Positions 8,533 through 17,571 of a DNA stretch of 35,920 bases are shown here, in pieces; position 1 is the first letter of the stretch, and each line of letters opens with the position of its first letter. The DNA is from a virus (Duplodnaviria > Heunggongvirae > Uroviricota > Caudoviricetes), in the IMG/VR virus record IMGVR_UViG_649989946_000004; one strand, written 5' to 3'. Position numbers and translations under genes: made by a program. Under the pieces are notes generated by a model. The model saw nothing but the letters and a program-made list of their open reading frames with translations. It did not search any database and was not told the origin of the DNA.

Positions 8533-9230
8533 AAAACATCGCCGCACAGATGGTTAACTTTGACCGTGAGCAGATGCGCCGGATCGCCAACAACATGCCG
8601 GAACAGTACGACGAAAAGCCGCAGGTACAACAGGTAGCGCAGATCATCAATGGTGTGTTCAGCCAGTTACTGGCAACTTTCCCGGCGAGCCTGGCTAACC
8701 GGGACCAGAACGAACTGAACGAAATCCGCCGCCAGTGGGTTCTGGCTTTCCGGGAAAACGGGATCACCACGATGGAACAGGTTAACGCAGGAATGCGCGT
8801 AGCCCGTCGGCAGAATCGACCATTCCTGCCATCACCCGGGCAGTTTGTTGCCTGGTGCCGGGAAGAAGCATCCGTTACCGCCGGGCTGCCAAACGCCAGC
8901 GAGCTGGTTGATATGGTTTACGAGTATTGCCGGAAACGTGGCCTGTATCCAGATGCAGAGTCTTATCCGTGGAAATCAAACGCGCACTACTGGCTGGTTA
9001 CCAACCTGTATCAGAACATGCGGGCCAATGCGCTTACTGATGCGGAATTACGGCGCAAGGCTGCCGATGAACTGACTTGTATGACCGCGCGAATTAACCG
9101 TGGTGAGGCGATACCTGAACCAGTAAAACAACTTCCTGTCATGGGCGGTAGACCTCTAAATCGTGCACAGGCTCTGGCGAAGATCGCAGAAATCAAAGCG
9201 AAGTTCGGACTGAAAGGAGCAACTGTATGA
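8529..9230 (+). CDS. P: Replication protein P (DnaB helicase loader)
   Basis: 233-aa ORF essentially identical to lambda P by recall (MKNIAAQMVNFDREQMRRIANNMPEQYDEKPQVQQ...). Confidence 0.95.
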   Translation: MKNIAAQMVNFDREQMRRIANNMPEQYDEKPQVQQVAQIINGVFSQLLATFPASLANRDQNELNEIRRQWVLAFRENGITTMEQVNAGMRVARRQNRPFLPSPGQFVAWCREEASVTAGLPNASELVDMVYEYCRKRGLYPDAESYPWKSNAHYWLVTNLYQNMRANALTDAELRRKAADELTCMTARINRGEAIPEPVKQLPVMGGRPLNRAQALAKIAEIKAKFGLKGATV

Positions 9231-9529
9231 CGGGCAAAGAGGCAATTATTCATTACCTGGGGACGCATAAGAGCTTCTGTGCGCAGGACGTTGCTGCGGT
9301 AACAGGCGCAACAGTAACCAGTATAAATCAGGCTGCGGCTAAAATGGCACGGGCAGGAATCTTGGTCGTTGATGGTAAGGTCTGGCGAACGGTGTATTAC
9401 CGGTTCGCTACCAGGGAAGAACGGGAAGGAAAGGTGAGCACGAATCTGATTTTCAAGGAGTGTCGCCAGAGTGCCGCGATGAAACGAGTGTTGGCAGTGT
9501 ATGGAGATATGAACTTAAACTTGCTGTGA
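9227..9529 (+). CDS. ren: Ren
   Basis: 100-aa ORF MTGKEAIIHYLGTH...KVWRTVYYRFATREEREGK matches lambda Ren. Confidence 0.85.
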   Translation: MTGKEAIIHYLGTHKSFCAQDVAAVTGATVTSINQAAAKMARAGILVVDGKVWRTVYYRFATREEREGKVSTNLIFKECRQSAAMKRVLAVYGDMNLNLL

Positions 9530-9777
9530 CGGTTTTCATCGGTAACACACCATGTAATCTAGCAGTCAGCTTAGAAATAGGAGCGGCAGTTAAAGATTTT
9601 TCAGTTAGTAGAAAATTACTGTTATTGCAGGGATCTAATCACCGGAGAGTCGTTCCATTTGTCTTATGATTACCTGAAGTCCGTTAGTTCGTTGGTAATC
9701 ACCGTTTTTGTTAGAGAAGTAAGCATCGCTGACAAAATATTCTCAACGATGCCTGCTTTATTGCTACTACAAATTAA

Positions 9778-11278
9778 TTAAATTGCATCTGCAAACTCTG
9801 GGGTTTTTCGCTCAGGTATAATTGATGAGTTGCTGTTGTCACTTTTTTTATTTTCATGATTACGAATAGCCAATGACTCATTAAAGTCTTTTGCGACTGC
9901 TGTCTCAATAAATTCAATTTCTGAATCAGAGTGTTTTTTAACAGCTTCTTTGATCTCATCCAGAGTAACATAGAAAAACTCTTTTCTACGATTTACAAGA
10001 TTGACTCTCTTTTTATCGAAGACATCATGTAGTTTTTTTCTAATGATGGAGCGTCCTCCGAATAAATCATGGCATGTACATCAAAAATAAAAGGAACAGA
10101 TGCATCACCGAGCTCATTTACACGGTCTTGCGGATCAAGACGTCGTGTCATGCCTATTTTATAAACATTCTCCCCAAAAGAACCTATGTTCGAAATAATA
10201 TAAACATGACCTTGTTTGGTTTGTTGTGCCATGGATAATGCTCTTTGATGCTTTGATTCAGCCTGCGACAAACTCTGTTCTAGTTCGGCAATGCGATTTT
10301 CGAGGCGCTGCTTCATGTCACCAGTAACTTTTTCCATTTCCTTTCTTGCAGCTTCAATTGCTTTTTTATAACGGCGCTCTTCTGCCTCTGCGTCTTGCAT
10401 GGCCTTTTCTATTTCTCGTTGTGCACGCTCCTCCTCTCTCATTTGTGCCCTTATTTCTGCCTGTTCTTCTTTTTCTTTCTGTTTTTGCTCACGATATTCA
10501 TGGGTAAGCCACAATTCCTCAAGTTTTTTATTGAGGTATTTAGTGTTTATATATATATGATTTTGCTCGTTTAGTTTATTTATGGCCTCAAATGCCTTTG
10601 TGATGCGTTCTTCCATTTTAGTGATGTTTTTCCACGTGCAATTGCTAATTGCAGCATCACATTCATTATTAAATGCTCTAGTAGTTAGCCTGATATTTCT
10701 GTCTGTCATTTTTTTACCCTCTGCTCGAGAGCCTTCAACAGTCCATTGGGTTGTACAATATACTGCGCCAGAGTGGGTTTTATCCCGCAGCATTAATTTC
10801 TGTTCATCCCTGATGGATTTTATTTTGTTTTTAAATTGCTCTGAATCTTCAAAATTAAAATGAGGTTCGTAAAATCCTAGTTCGGCTAGCTCAACATCTT
10901 CTGAATAAATAGAAATTTGCCTTACTAGTTTATCATATATTTCTTTCTTCTCTTTATAAGTTCTTCTTAGCTCTTGGATTTGTTTATTGATACCATCCAT
11001 TTTTTCAATGGTGTTTGTTAGTTCATTATTGGCATTTTCTTTTACTTTTAGGGATTCTTCTTTTATTATGGAGCATTCTTGCTCTGTTTTCTCAATAAGC
11101 TTCTTACATTCTTCTTCTACATTAAAATAATCTGCAAAGCGAGATTTGTATTCTTCATTTTTTTGATTGCTATCACTTAATTCTAATTGTATTTTTTGAT
11201 GCGTTTGATTGCAGCTATATAAAGAACAAGAACAACCAATAAAAATATGATTGCAAGTAATAGAGGAGTTTGAGTCAT
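9778..11278 (-). CDS. Membrane-anchored coiled-coil protein with C-terminal T5orf172/GIY-YIG-like domain (DUF4041-like architecture); reading frame interrupted twice at homopolymer runs
   Basis: ATG at 11278 encodes a TM helix (MTQTPLLLAIIFLLVVLVLYIAAIKRIKK) that stops unless the T6 run 11192-11197 is read as 7; main 435-aa ORF (9993-11300) has a long coiled coil and GHVYIISNIGSFGENVYKIGMTRRLDPQDRVNELGDASVPFIFDVHAMI; the domain continues in the -1 frame (LHDVFDKKRVNLVNRRKEFFYVTLDEIKEAVKK...) to a stop at 9778 if the T7 run 10043-10049 is read as 8. Confidence 0.65.
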
Positions 11279-11587
11279 TCGTGCTATTCCTTACGGACAA
11301 TTTAAGACGTTTTGTATTAAATCCTGTTCAATGTGTATGCGGGTGATTGCTACCGCTTACAATCTTCATAATTATCAGTTAGATAGACTCGCTAGTAAAT
11401 AATTTCATTTTTTGCAATATTCTTATTGAATATTTCAATTTATGAAATGAACTCTTTATCCTTTCAAGGCGAAAGGTTTCTTCTTCGGAAATATTTGCTC
11501 TCGTGTGACGTATAAAGACCTTTGATTTTCAAAAATCAGTAGGGAATAATATAGTTACTGTCGGCCTGAACACCCGGTGGTGGGGTT

Positions 11588-11692
11588 GCGCTAAACGGGG
11601 ACGTTTATGCGCACACACAATCCAAACTCTCATCTCCATTCACAGATGCAGAAATGCACCTACGATTTTTTACATTCGGTGTTTTACTTCGA
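11588..11692. repeat. Direct repeat copy A (~105 bp, ~90% identical to copy B)
   Basis: GCGCTAAACGGGGACGTTTATGCGCACA...TTCACAGATGCAGAAATGCACCT... recurs at 13521-13625. Confidence 0.8.
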
Positions 11693-11737
11693 CAGCCAGA
11701 ATTGGGAGTCTCTATTCGTCTGGCGGCTAAAGGTGAT

Positions 11738-11827
11738 ATGGAAATCGTTATGTTTTGGCCTGAGGTAGTTGTAACTGTTGTAGCAGCTATGGCTGTGATC
11801 ATCATGGTGTCCATTTACTGGGGTTGA
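11738..11827 (+). CDS. Small hydrophobic peptide ORF (29 aa), speculative
   Basis: AAGGTGA SD then ATG; MEIVMFWPEVVVTVVAAMAVIIMVSIYWG is a single predicted TM segment; lies just after repeat copy A. Confidence 0.25.
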   Translation: MEIVMFWPEVVVTVVAAMAVIIMVSIYWG

Positions 11828-11913
11828 CGACATGATTTATCCGGCGCTATATTCTGTGCGTTGCCGCAAAATCGGCACACGGGATTGGCGTCCCGGGATA
11901 CTACTCAACGCAT

Positions 11914-11934
11914 ACCGCGTTAAGCGGTTTTTTT
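11914..11934 (+). terminator. Possible weak rho-independent terminator
   Basis: Short stem ACCGC-GTTAA-GCGGT followed by T7. Confidence 0.3.
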
Positions 11935-12090
11935 GTGCGCTAAGCACGGCTATGCCCAAATTATGGTGGGCTGTGTGAGGGCTTCTTCGGAAGCGCCGGG
12001 TTTGAGTAGCCGGTTACGCCAACCTTACACAGTTCACCACCAGTCGATTGGCGTCGTTGGTGGTGATGGTTAACCTGATGAGGTGATACT

Positions 12091-12699
12091 ATGACTACTC
12101 AATTAGCATTCCACAAAACGACGTTTACCCCGATTTGCCACAATAACAGAATTTGGCTTACTGCCACTGAAGTTGGTTTAGCACTGGAATATGCGGACGA
12201 TAAAGCAGTTCAGCGCATTTACTCTCGGCACTCAGATGAATTCACAGATATGATGACAAGGGTGGTCAAAGTGACCACCCCTCGTGGAATGCAGGAGTCT
12301 CGAGTATTTAGCCTTCGCGGAGCCCATTTGATCGCCATGTTTGCTCGTACTCCTGTGGCCAAAGAATTCCGCCGCTGGGTTCTGGATATTCTCGATCGAG
12401 AAGTTCAACAATCCCCAATCACAAAACAATTCACTGATAACGAACTTTGCACACTCGCCTGGTTATGGCGAGCAAGTGATACGATGTTAACCGCCTGCCA
12501 GAACGTTACGCCCCTTCTTCAGGTCGCAGAGCATCGCGAAGCAGGTAGATTCACTTCAATCGAACAAGAATATCCTCGGATACTCAACAGGGCGCGAGAA
12601 ATCCTTGCCAGAGAAACGGCGCATGTAAAATTCCAACCGTGGCAGGATGATAAGTGGAGTCGTGTGTTACCATATTTCCGTCAGAATCTGTTGCAATAA
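12091..12699 (+). CDS. BRO-N / antirepressor-like protein
   Basis: 202-aa ORF with GAGGTGA SD; N-terminal pattern (LAFHKTTF...IWLTATEVGLALEY ... RVFSLRGAHLIAMFARTPVAKEFRRWVLDIL) fits the Bro-N / P22-antirepressor N-terminal fold. Confidence 0.6.
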   Translation: MTTQLAFHKTTFTPICHNNRIWLTATEVGLALEYADDKAVQRIYSRHSDEFTDMMTRVVKVTTPRGMQESRVFSLRGAHLIAMFARTPVAKEFRRWVLDILDREVQQSPITKQFTDNELCTLAWLWRASDTMLTACQNVTPLLQVAEHREAGRFTSIEQEYPRILNRAREILARETAHVKFQPWQDDKWSRVLPYFRQNLLQ

Positions 12700-12933
12700 A
12701 GTCACTAGTTAGAAATACTGCCAGCATTCTGCGATGACGGAAGTGCTGGCATTTTTTTGGTAATGTGCGAGTCCATTTCATAAAATACGGGTACTGGAAC
12801 TGGACGATATAATCTAAAAGATACCATTATCAGTAGCATTAAAATCGCTATGTGCCGATACGGATATAAATTATATTGATTGTTCACATACCTTATTGGA
12901 TATTACTGAGGGGTGTTTATATAAGGTGTAACG

Positions 12934-13443
12934 ATGATGTGGAACTTTGACAGTGCCGACTTAAGTGCAATAGCAGCAGGCATTTCTGCGTTTGGCACAT
13001 TAGCCGCAGCGGGGTCGGCGCTTGCAAGTTGGTGCACGTCAAAAAAAGCGCTGCAGCTACAAAATAGAGTTTACCTTTATGAGTCTTTAAAGGCTTGCGC
13101 TGAGAGAGCCAATTCATCAGCTAAAGATAAGCGCGGATCTGAATGGAGCGTTAATGATGCAGCGGATATCATCAGGTGCCTAGTACGGGCGATGGAGCTC
13201 ATCAAGCAGGATAGCCAGCAGAAAGAAGGTAATCAGGCATTAATGTTGAAACAGTACTTTGTTAATCTGCTAATAATGGAACTGTACGAGGAAGTTCATA
13301 ACGGTGATGCGGCTGATTCTGTTTTTAAAAGTACGGAACCTACACAAGTACTTGATAACTTATGGAGCAAATGGCAGGAGGCTATAGCTTTTTTTGATAT
13401 TTGGAATTACCCAGTTGCGACTGAGGAAGACTTGGCAGACTAA
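12934..13443 (+). CDS. Hypothetical membrane protein (N-terminal TM helix, cytoplasmic alpha-helical domain)
   Basis: 169-aa ORF with AGGTG SD, preceded by a ~230-bp AT-rich promoter-like region; hydrophobic segment LSAIAAGISAFGTLAAAGSALASW; no family recognised. Confidence 0.6.
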   Translation: MMWNFDSADLSAIAAGISAFGTLAAAGSALASWCTSKKALQLQNRVYLYESLKACAERANSSAKDKRGSEWSVNDAADIIRCLVRAMELIKQDSQQKEGNQALMLKQYFVNLLIMELYEEVHNGDAADSVFKSTEPTQVLDNLWSKWQEAIAFFDIWNYPVATEEDLAD

Positions 13444-13520
13444 TTTTCAGCACATTTGATTTCCAATAATCAACCAGCCATAATCATGCCATTGGAGCTT
13501 GAACAACTCCGGTGACTTCT

Positions 13521-13625
13521 GCGCTAAACGGGGACGTTTATGCGCACATACAATCCAAACTCTCTTCTCCCTTCACAGATGCAGAGATGCACCTGCGATT
13601 TTTTGCATCCAGCGTTTGACCTCTG
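13521..13625. repeat. Direct repeat copy B, immediately upstream of ninB
   Basis: See copy A; ends ~12 bp before the ninB GTG start. Confidence 0.8.
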
Positions 13626-13637
13626 CGGAGGTGAAGC

Positions 13638-14093
13638 GTGAACCTCCCACAAGACGGCATCAAATTGCATCGTGGTAACTTCACCGCTATCGGCCAGCAG
13701 ATCCAGCCTTATCTGGAGGAAGGCAAATGCTTTCGCATGGTGCTTAAACCGTGGCGTGAGAAACGCAGTCTTTCCCAGAATGCACTCAGCCACATGTGGT
13801 ACAGCGAAATCAGTGAATACCTCATCAGCAGGGGTAAAACGTTCGCCACTCCAGCTTGGGTAAAAGATGCTCTCAAACACACATATCTCGGTTATGAAAC
13901 CAAAGACCTGGTTGATGTCGTAACCGGTGAGATCACCACTATCCAGTCGTTACGCCATACCTCCGATCTTGATACCGGAGAGATGTATATCTTCCTGTGT
14001 AAGGTTGAAGCCTGGGCGGTGAATATTGGCTGCCACCTGACTATTCCGCAGAGCTGCGAGTTCCAGCTGCTCCGCGACAAGCAGGAGGCGTAA
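13638..14093 (+). CDS. ninB: NinB-family recombination protein
   Basis: 151-aa ORF, GTG start with GGAGG SD; motif [21 protein letters not shown] matches the NinB RSLDQN region. Confidence 0.75.
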   Translation: MNLPQDGIKLHRGNFTAIGQQIQPYLEEGKCFRMVLKPWREKRSLSQNALSHMWYSEISEYLISRGKTFATPAWVKDALKHTYLGYETKDLVDVVTGEITTIQSLRHTSDLDTGEMYIFLCKVEAWAVNIGCHLTIPQSCEFQLLRDKQEA

Positions 14094-14260
14094 TGGCTAC
14101 ACCGCTTATTCGTGTCATGAACGGACACATCTACAGAGTATCAAATCGTCGTAAGCGTAAGCCTGAGCTGAAGCCATCCGAAATACCAACTCTGCTCGGA
14201 TATACCGCTAGCCTGGTTGATAAAAAATGGTTGCGACTGGCAGCAAGGAGGAATCATGGC
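14093..14260 (+). CDS. ninE: NinE
   Basis: 55-aa [59 protein letters not shown] matches DLP12 NinE as recalled; TAATG overlap with ninB; below the ORF-track size cut-off. Confidence 0.75.
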
Positions 14261-14546
14261 TGATTTGAGAAAAGCAGCGCGTGGTCGGGAATGCCAGGTA
14301 AGAATCCCTGGCGTATGTAATGGCAATTCTGAAACGTCTGTACTGGCACATATCCGGCTGGCTGGATTGTGCGGTACCGGTATCAAACCGCCAGACCTGA
14401 TTGCCACCATTGCATGTTCTGCCTGCCACGACGAAATCGACCGCCGCACACATTTTGTCGATGCTGCATATGCAAAAGAATGCGCGCTGGAAGGTATGGC
14501 GAGAACACAGGTTATCTGGCTGAAAGAGGGGGTTATTAAGGCGTGA
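14256..14546 (+). CDS. ybcO: YbcO-like DUF1364 protein (putative nuclease)
   Basis: ATG with AGGAGG SD; [24 protein letters not shown]...[11 protein letters not shown] matches DLP12 YbcO as recalled. Confidence 0.8.
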   Translation: MADLRKAARGRECQVRIPGVCNGNSETSVLAHIRLAGLCGTGIKPPDLIATIACSACHDEIDRRTHFVDAAYAKECALEGMARTQVIWLKEGVIKA

Positions 14547-14905
14547 ATACCTACAGTATCACATTACCCTGGCCTCCGAGCAATAATCGCTATTACCGCC
14601 ATAATCGCGGGCGCACGCACGTCAGTGCAGAGGGGCAGGCATACCGCGATAACGTCGCCCGAATCATTAAAAACGCAATGCTGGATATCGGCCTGGCTAT
14701 GCCTGTGAAAATCCGCATTGAGTGCCACATGCCGGATCGCCGTCGCCGTGACCTGGATAATCTGCAAAAAGCCGCTTTTGACGCACTCACTAAAGCAGGT
14801 TTCTGGCTGGATGATGCTCAGGTCGTTGATTACCGCGTTGTGAAGATGCCTGTTACCAAAGGTGGGAGGCTGGAACTGATCATCACCGAACTGGGGGATG
14901 AATGA
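14543..14905 (+). CDS. rusA: RusA Holliday-junction resolvase
   Basis: 120-aa [40 protein letters not shown]... matches DLP12 RusA. Confidence 0.9.
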   Translation: MNTYSITLPWPPSNNRYYRHNRGRTHVSAEGQAYRDNVARIIKNAMLDIGLAMPVKIRIECHMPDRRRRDLDNLQKAAFDALTKAGFWLDDAQVVDYRVVKMPVTKGGRLELIITELGDE

Positions 14906-15042
14906 TGTGTGAGTCATATATGGCAGAACTCCTTCGCCACCGCTGGGGGCGTCTGCGCTTATATCGTTTCCCCGGTTATGTTTTGACCGATTACCGAATA
15001 CTGAAGAATTACGCCAAAACACTGACAGGAGCAGGAGTATGA
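14902..15042 (+). CDS. ylcG: YlcG small protein
   Basis: 46-aa [49 protein letters not shown] overlapping the rusA stop; matches DLP12 YlcG as recalled. Confidence 0.7.
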   Translation: MMCESYMAELLRHRWGRLRLYRFPGYVLTDYRILKNYAKTLTGAGV

Positions 15043-15127
15043 AGTCAGAGATAACAATCAACTAATACTGTTTTGTTGATTTTTGCTTGTAATTGGCGTT
15101 CTGGTCTGAGTTTTGTGGAGTAAGTTG

Positions 15128-15511
15128 ATGCGTGATATTCAGATGGTTCTTGAGCGTTGGGGAGCGTGGGCGGCTAATAATCATGAAGATGTGACCTGGT
15201 CGTCCATTGCCGCCGGTTTTAAGGGATTAATTCCTTCAAAAGTAAAATCTCGCCCACAATGTTGTGACGATGACGCGATGATCATTTGCGGGTGCATGGC
15301 CCGTCTGAAAAAGAACAACAGCGATTTGCACGATTTATTAGTAGATTATTATGTAGTCGGTATGACATTCATGTCACTGGCAGGTAAGCATTGCTGCTCT
15401 GATGGTTATATCGGGAAAAGGTTACAGAAGGCTGAGGGCATAATTGAAGGGATGTTAATGGCATTAGATATCCGGTTAGAGATGGATATCGTTGTTAATA
15501 ACTCTAATTAA
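15128..15511 (+). CDS. quuD: Late-gene antiterminator Q (QuuD-type)
   Basis: 127 aa from ATG at 15128; [31 protein letters not shown]...[16 protein letters not shown] matches DLP12 QuuD. Confidence 0.85.
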   Translation: MRDIQMVLERWGAWAANNHEDVTWSSIAAGFKGLIPSKVKSRPQCCDDDAMIICGCMARLKKNNSDLHDLLVDYYVVGMTFMSLAGKHCCSDGYIGKRLQKAEGIIEGMLMALDIRLEMDIVVNNSN

Positions 15512-15530
15512 TATGCCAATTGTTTACTAA

Positions 15531-15562
15531 AAATTATTAAAAATGGGGCGTTGAGACGCCCC
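15531..15562 (-). terminator. Rho-independent terminator, minus strand (porin gene)
   Basis: Hairpin GGGGCG-TTGAGA-CGCCCC followed on the minus strand by ATTTTTAATAATTTTT. Confidence 0.45.
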
Positions 15563-15652
15563 CAAAAATAAAGGGTAATATATAACAGAAGGTTTATATA
15601 GTTAGAAGCAAGGTTGTGCTTCTAAAGGAAGTGGCTTGAGGGAGCCACTTAT

Positions 15653-15690
15653 ATGTTGGGGAGGCAACGCCTCCCGCAACATATCTTTTT
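15653..15690 (+). terminator. tR'-like terminator downstream of Q/PR'
   Basis: Plus-strand hairpin ATGTTGGGGAGGC-AAC-GCCTCCCGCAACAT followed by CTTTTT, ~140 nt downstream of Q; PR'/qut expected in 15512-15650. Confidence 0.5.
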
Positions 15691-15700
15691 CGTAATCAGA

Positions 15701-16783
15701 TTAGAACTGGTAAACCATACCTACAGCAACGATATCATCGGTAGCAACGCCAGATGCTTTCGTGAAATCGCTCTTATCAATCAGGTTGATTTTGTAGTCA
15801 ACAAAAGTGGACATATTTTTGTTGAAGTAATAGGTTGCACCTACATCAATATATTCAACCAGGTCCTGATCACCCCAAGCACCCAAGTCTTTTCCTTTAG
15901 ATTGCAGGTAAGCAACGGACGGACGCAGACCGAAGTCGAACTGATATTGTGCAACTACTTCGAAGTTTTGTGCTTTGTTGGCAATATGGTTATTACCAAA
16001 AACAGTCATGTTCTGGGTTTCAGAATAGGTAGTAGCCAGATAGATGTTGTTCGCATCATATTTCAGACCAGCTGCCCATACTTCAGCATTTTGACCAGAT
16101 GCATTCAGGCTGTTGTTACCGTAGATAACCTGATTATTAGTGCGGTCAGATTTAGCATAGGTTGCACCTACGCCGAAACCTTCATACTCATAAGTAGTGG
16201 AGAAACCGAAACCATCACCATTAGCTTGAGTTACGTCAGTGCGGTCATTTTTACCCTGATACTGAGCAGCAAAGTTCAGACCATCAACCAGACCAAAGAA
16301 GTCGTTGTTACGATAAGTTGCAACACCTGTGGTGCGACCAGTCATGAATACATCTGTTTGGGTCCAGGTATCGCCACCGAATTCTGGCAGAACGTCGGTC
16401 CATGCACCAATATCGTATGCTACACCGTAGTTACGGCCATAATCGATGGAGCCGTAGTCACCGAATTTCAGGCCAGCGAAGGCAAGACGGGTTTTATCTT
16501 TGGAGGAACCTTGAGATTCAGCGCGGTTGCCTTTGAATTCATATTCCCACTGACCGAAACCAGTCAGTTGATCGTTGATTTGGGTTTCACCTTTGAAGCC
16601 AAGACGGGCATAAGTAGTATCACCATCATCTGCATCATTAGAGGAGAAGTAGTGCTTAGCATTAACTTTCCCGTACAGATCCAGCTTGTTACTGTCTTTA
16701 TTATAAATTTCAGCTGCCTGAGCAGACATCGCCATCAGTACTGATGCAGCTACAGCAGAAATTGCCACTGTTAATTTTTTCAT
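15701..16783 (-). CDS. nmpC: General porin, OmpC/OmpF family (NmpC-like), apparently intact
   Basis: Signal peptide [23 protein letters not shown] then AEIYNKD... and C-terminal ...VGMVYQF typical of enterobacterial porins; located between Q and the lysis cassette as in DLP12. Confidence 0.9.
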   Translation of the reverse strand: MKKLTVAISAVAASVLMAMSAQAAEIYNKDSNKLDLYGKVNAKHYFSSNDADDGDTTYARLGFKGETQINDQLTGFGQWEYEFKGNRAESQGSSKDKTRLAFAGLKFGDYGSIDYGRNYGVAYDIGAWTDVLPEFGGDTWTQTDVFMTGRTTGVATYRNNDFFGLVDGLNFAAQYQGKNDRTDVTQANGDGFGFSTTYEYEGFGVGATYAKSDRTNNQVIYGNNSLNASGQNAEVWAAGLKYDANNIYLATTYSETQNMTVFGNNHIANKAQNFEVVAQYQFDFGLRPSVAYLQSKGKDLGAWGDQDLVEYIDVGATYYFNKNMSTFVDYKINLIDKSDFTKASGVATDDIVAVGMVYQF

Positions 16784-17210
16784 CGTGAGCCCTTTTTTTG
16801 AACTATTATTAAAAAATGATGTCACTGCGCGATAAATATTCATCTAATCAATGTGATTATTTCAAGATGTAAGTTTTGGTTTCTCGTTTGATTTGTGAAG
16901 TAGATCTCTATTTTTATCTGAACTTTTTTCTATCGAATCCTATTCATGGCTCTTGGCTGAATAAAAATAAATCTATTAGCCAATTTATATTAACGGCTGT
17001 CATTTATAAGTGCTCTATAATTTGAAGGTTCAATTTAAACCGGCTAAAAATAACGCTGGAAATTATTTGTTGGTTATTTGTTGATATTTGCTTATGTATT
17101 TGTAGTGGTGTTTTCAATACTCGGTAGCATTCTCGCAAATATCATTTAGTGGTTTACGTACGTAAAAAATTGGTTATGCTGTTAAGAGTGGTTACTTCGT
17201 CACACAGCTT

Positions 17211-17243
17211 AAACCCGCCGTCGAGCGGGTTTTTCCATTTTTT
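17211..17243 (+). terminator. Rho-independent terminator upstream of the lysis cassette
   Basis: AAACCCGC-CGTCGA-GCGGGTTT followed by TTCCATTTTTT. Confidence 0.5.
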
Positions 17244-17355
17244 GAGTCTCGATATTAGCTGATAACCCAATACCTGAGTTATTCACTGACTCCGAGTCTG
17301 TTACGTTTCGTAGTATTCCCTCAATTTACACCCGCTTTGTCTGCGAGGTGGGGTT

Positions 17356-17571
17356 ATGAAATCCATGGATAAGTTAACAACGGGTGTCGCCTATGGCACC
17401 TCAGCAGGTAGTGCCGGGTACTGGTTTTTACAGCTGCTAGATAAAGTCACGCCCTCACAGTGGGCGGCAATTGGAGTGCTGGGTAGCCTGGTATTTGGCC
17501 TGCTGACGTACCTGACAAACCTTTATTTCAAGATTAAAGAAGATAAGCGCAAGGCTGCGAGAGGTGGATAA
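17356..17571 (+). CDS. essD: Holin (EssD-type) with dual-start motif
   Basis: 71-aa [17 protein letters not shown]... with Met1-Lys2-Ser3-Met4 and TM segments; matches DLP12 EssD. Confidence 0.85.

Noticed and set aside
9460-9669. 69-aa plus-strand ORF overlapping the end of ren
   Set aside because: Overlaps ren in another frame, runs into AT-rich intergenic DNA, no SD; likely spurious.
10043-11197. Programmed ribosomal frameshifting or phase variation in the nuclease-like gene
   Set aside because: The same one-base shortfall occurs in conserved tail genes H and L and in the lipoprotein gene, so a systematic sequencing artefact is more parsimonious. Only the G-T shift is retained as programmed.
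11605-11814. 69-aa minus-strand ORF inside repeat copy A
   Set aside because: Threonine-run translation, no SD, antisense to a better small plus-strand ORF; likely spurious.
15653-16744. 363-aa ORF on the plus strand
   Set aside because: Lies entirely antisense to the well-supported porin gene, has a low-complexity I/V/T/F-rich translation and no SD; a shadow ORF of the porin frame.
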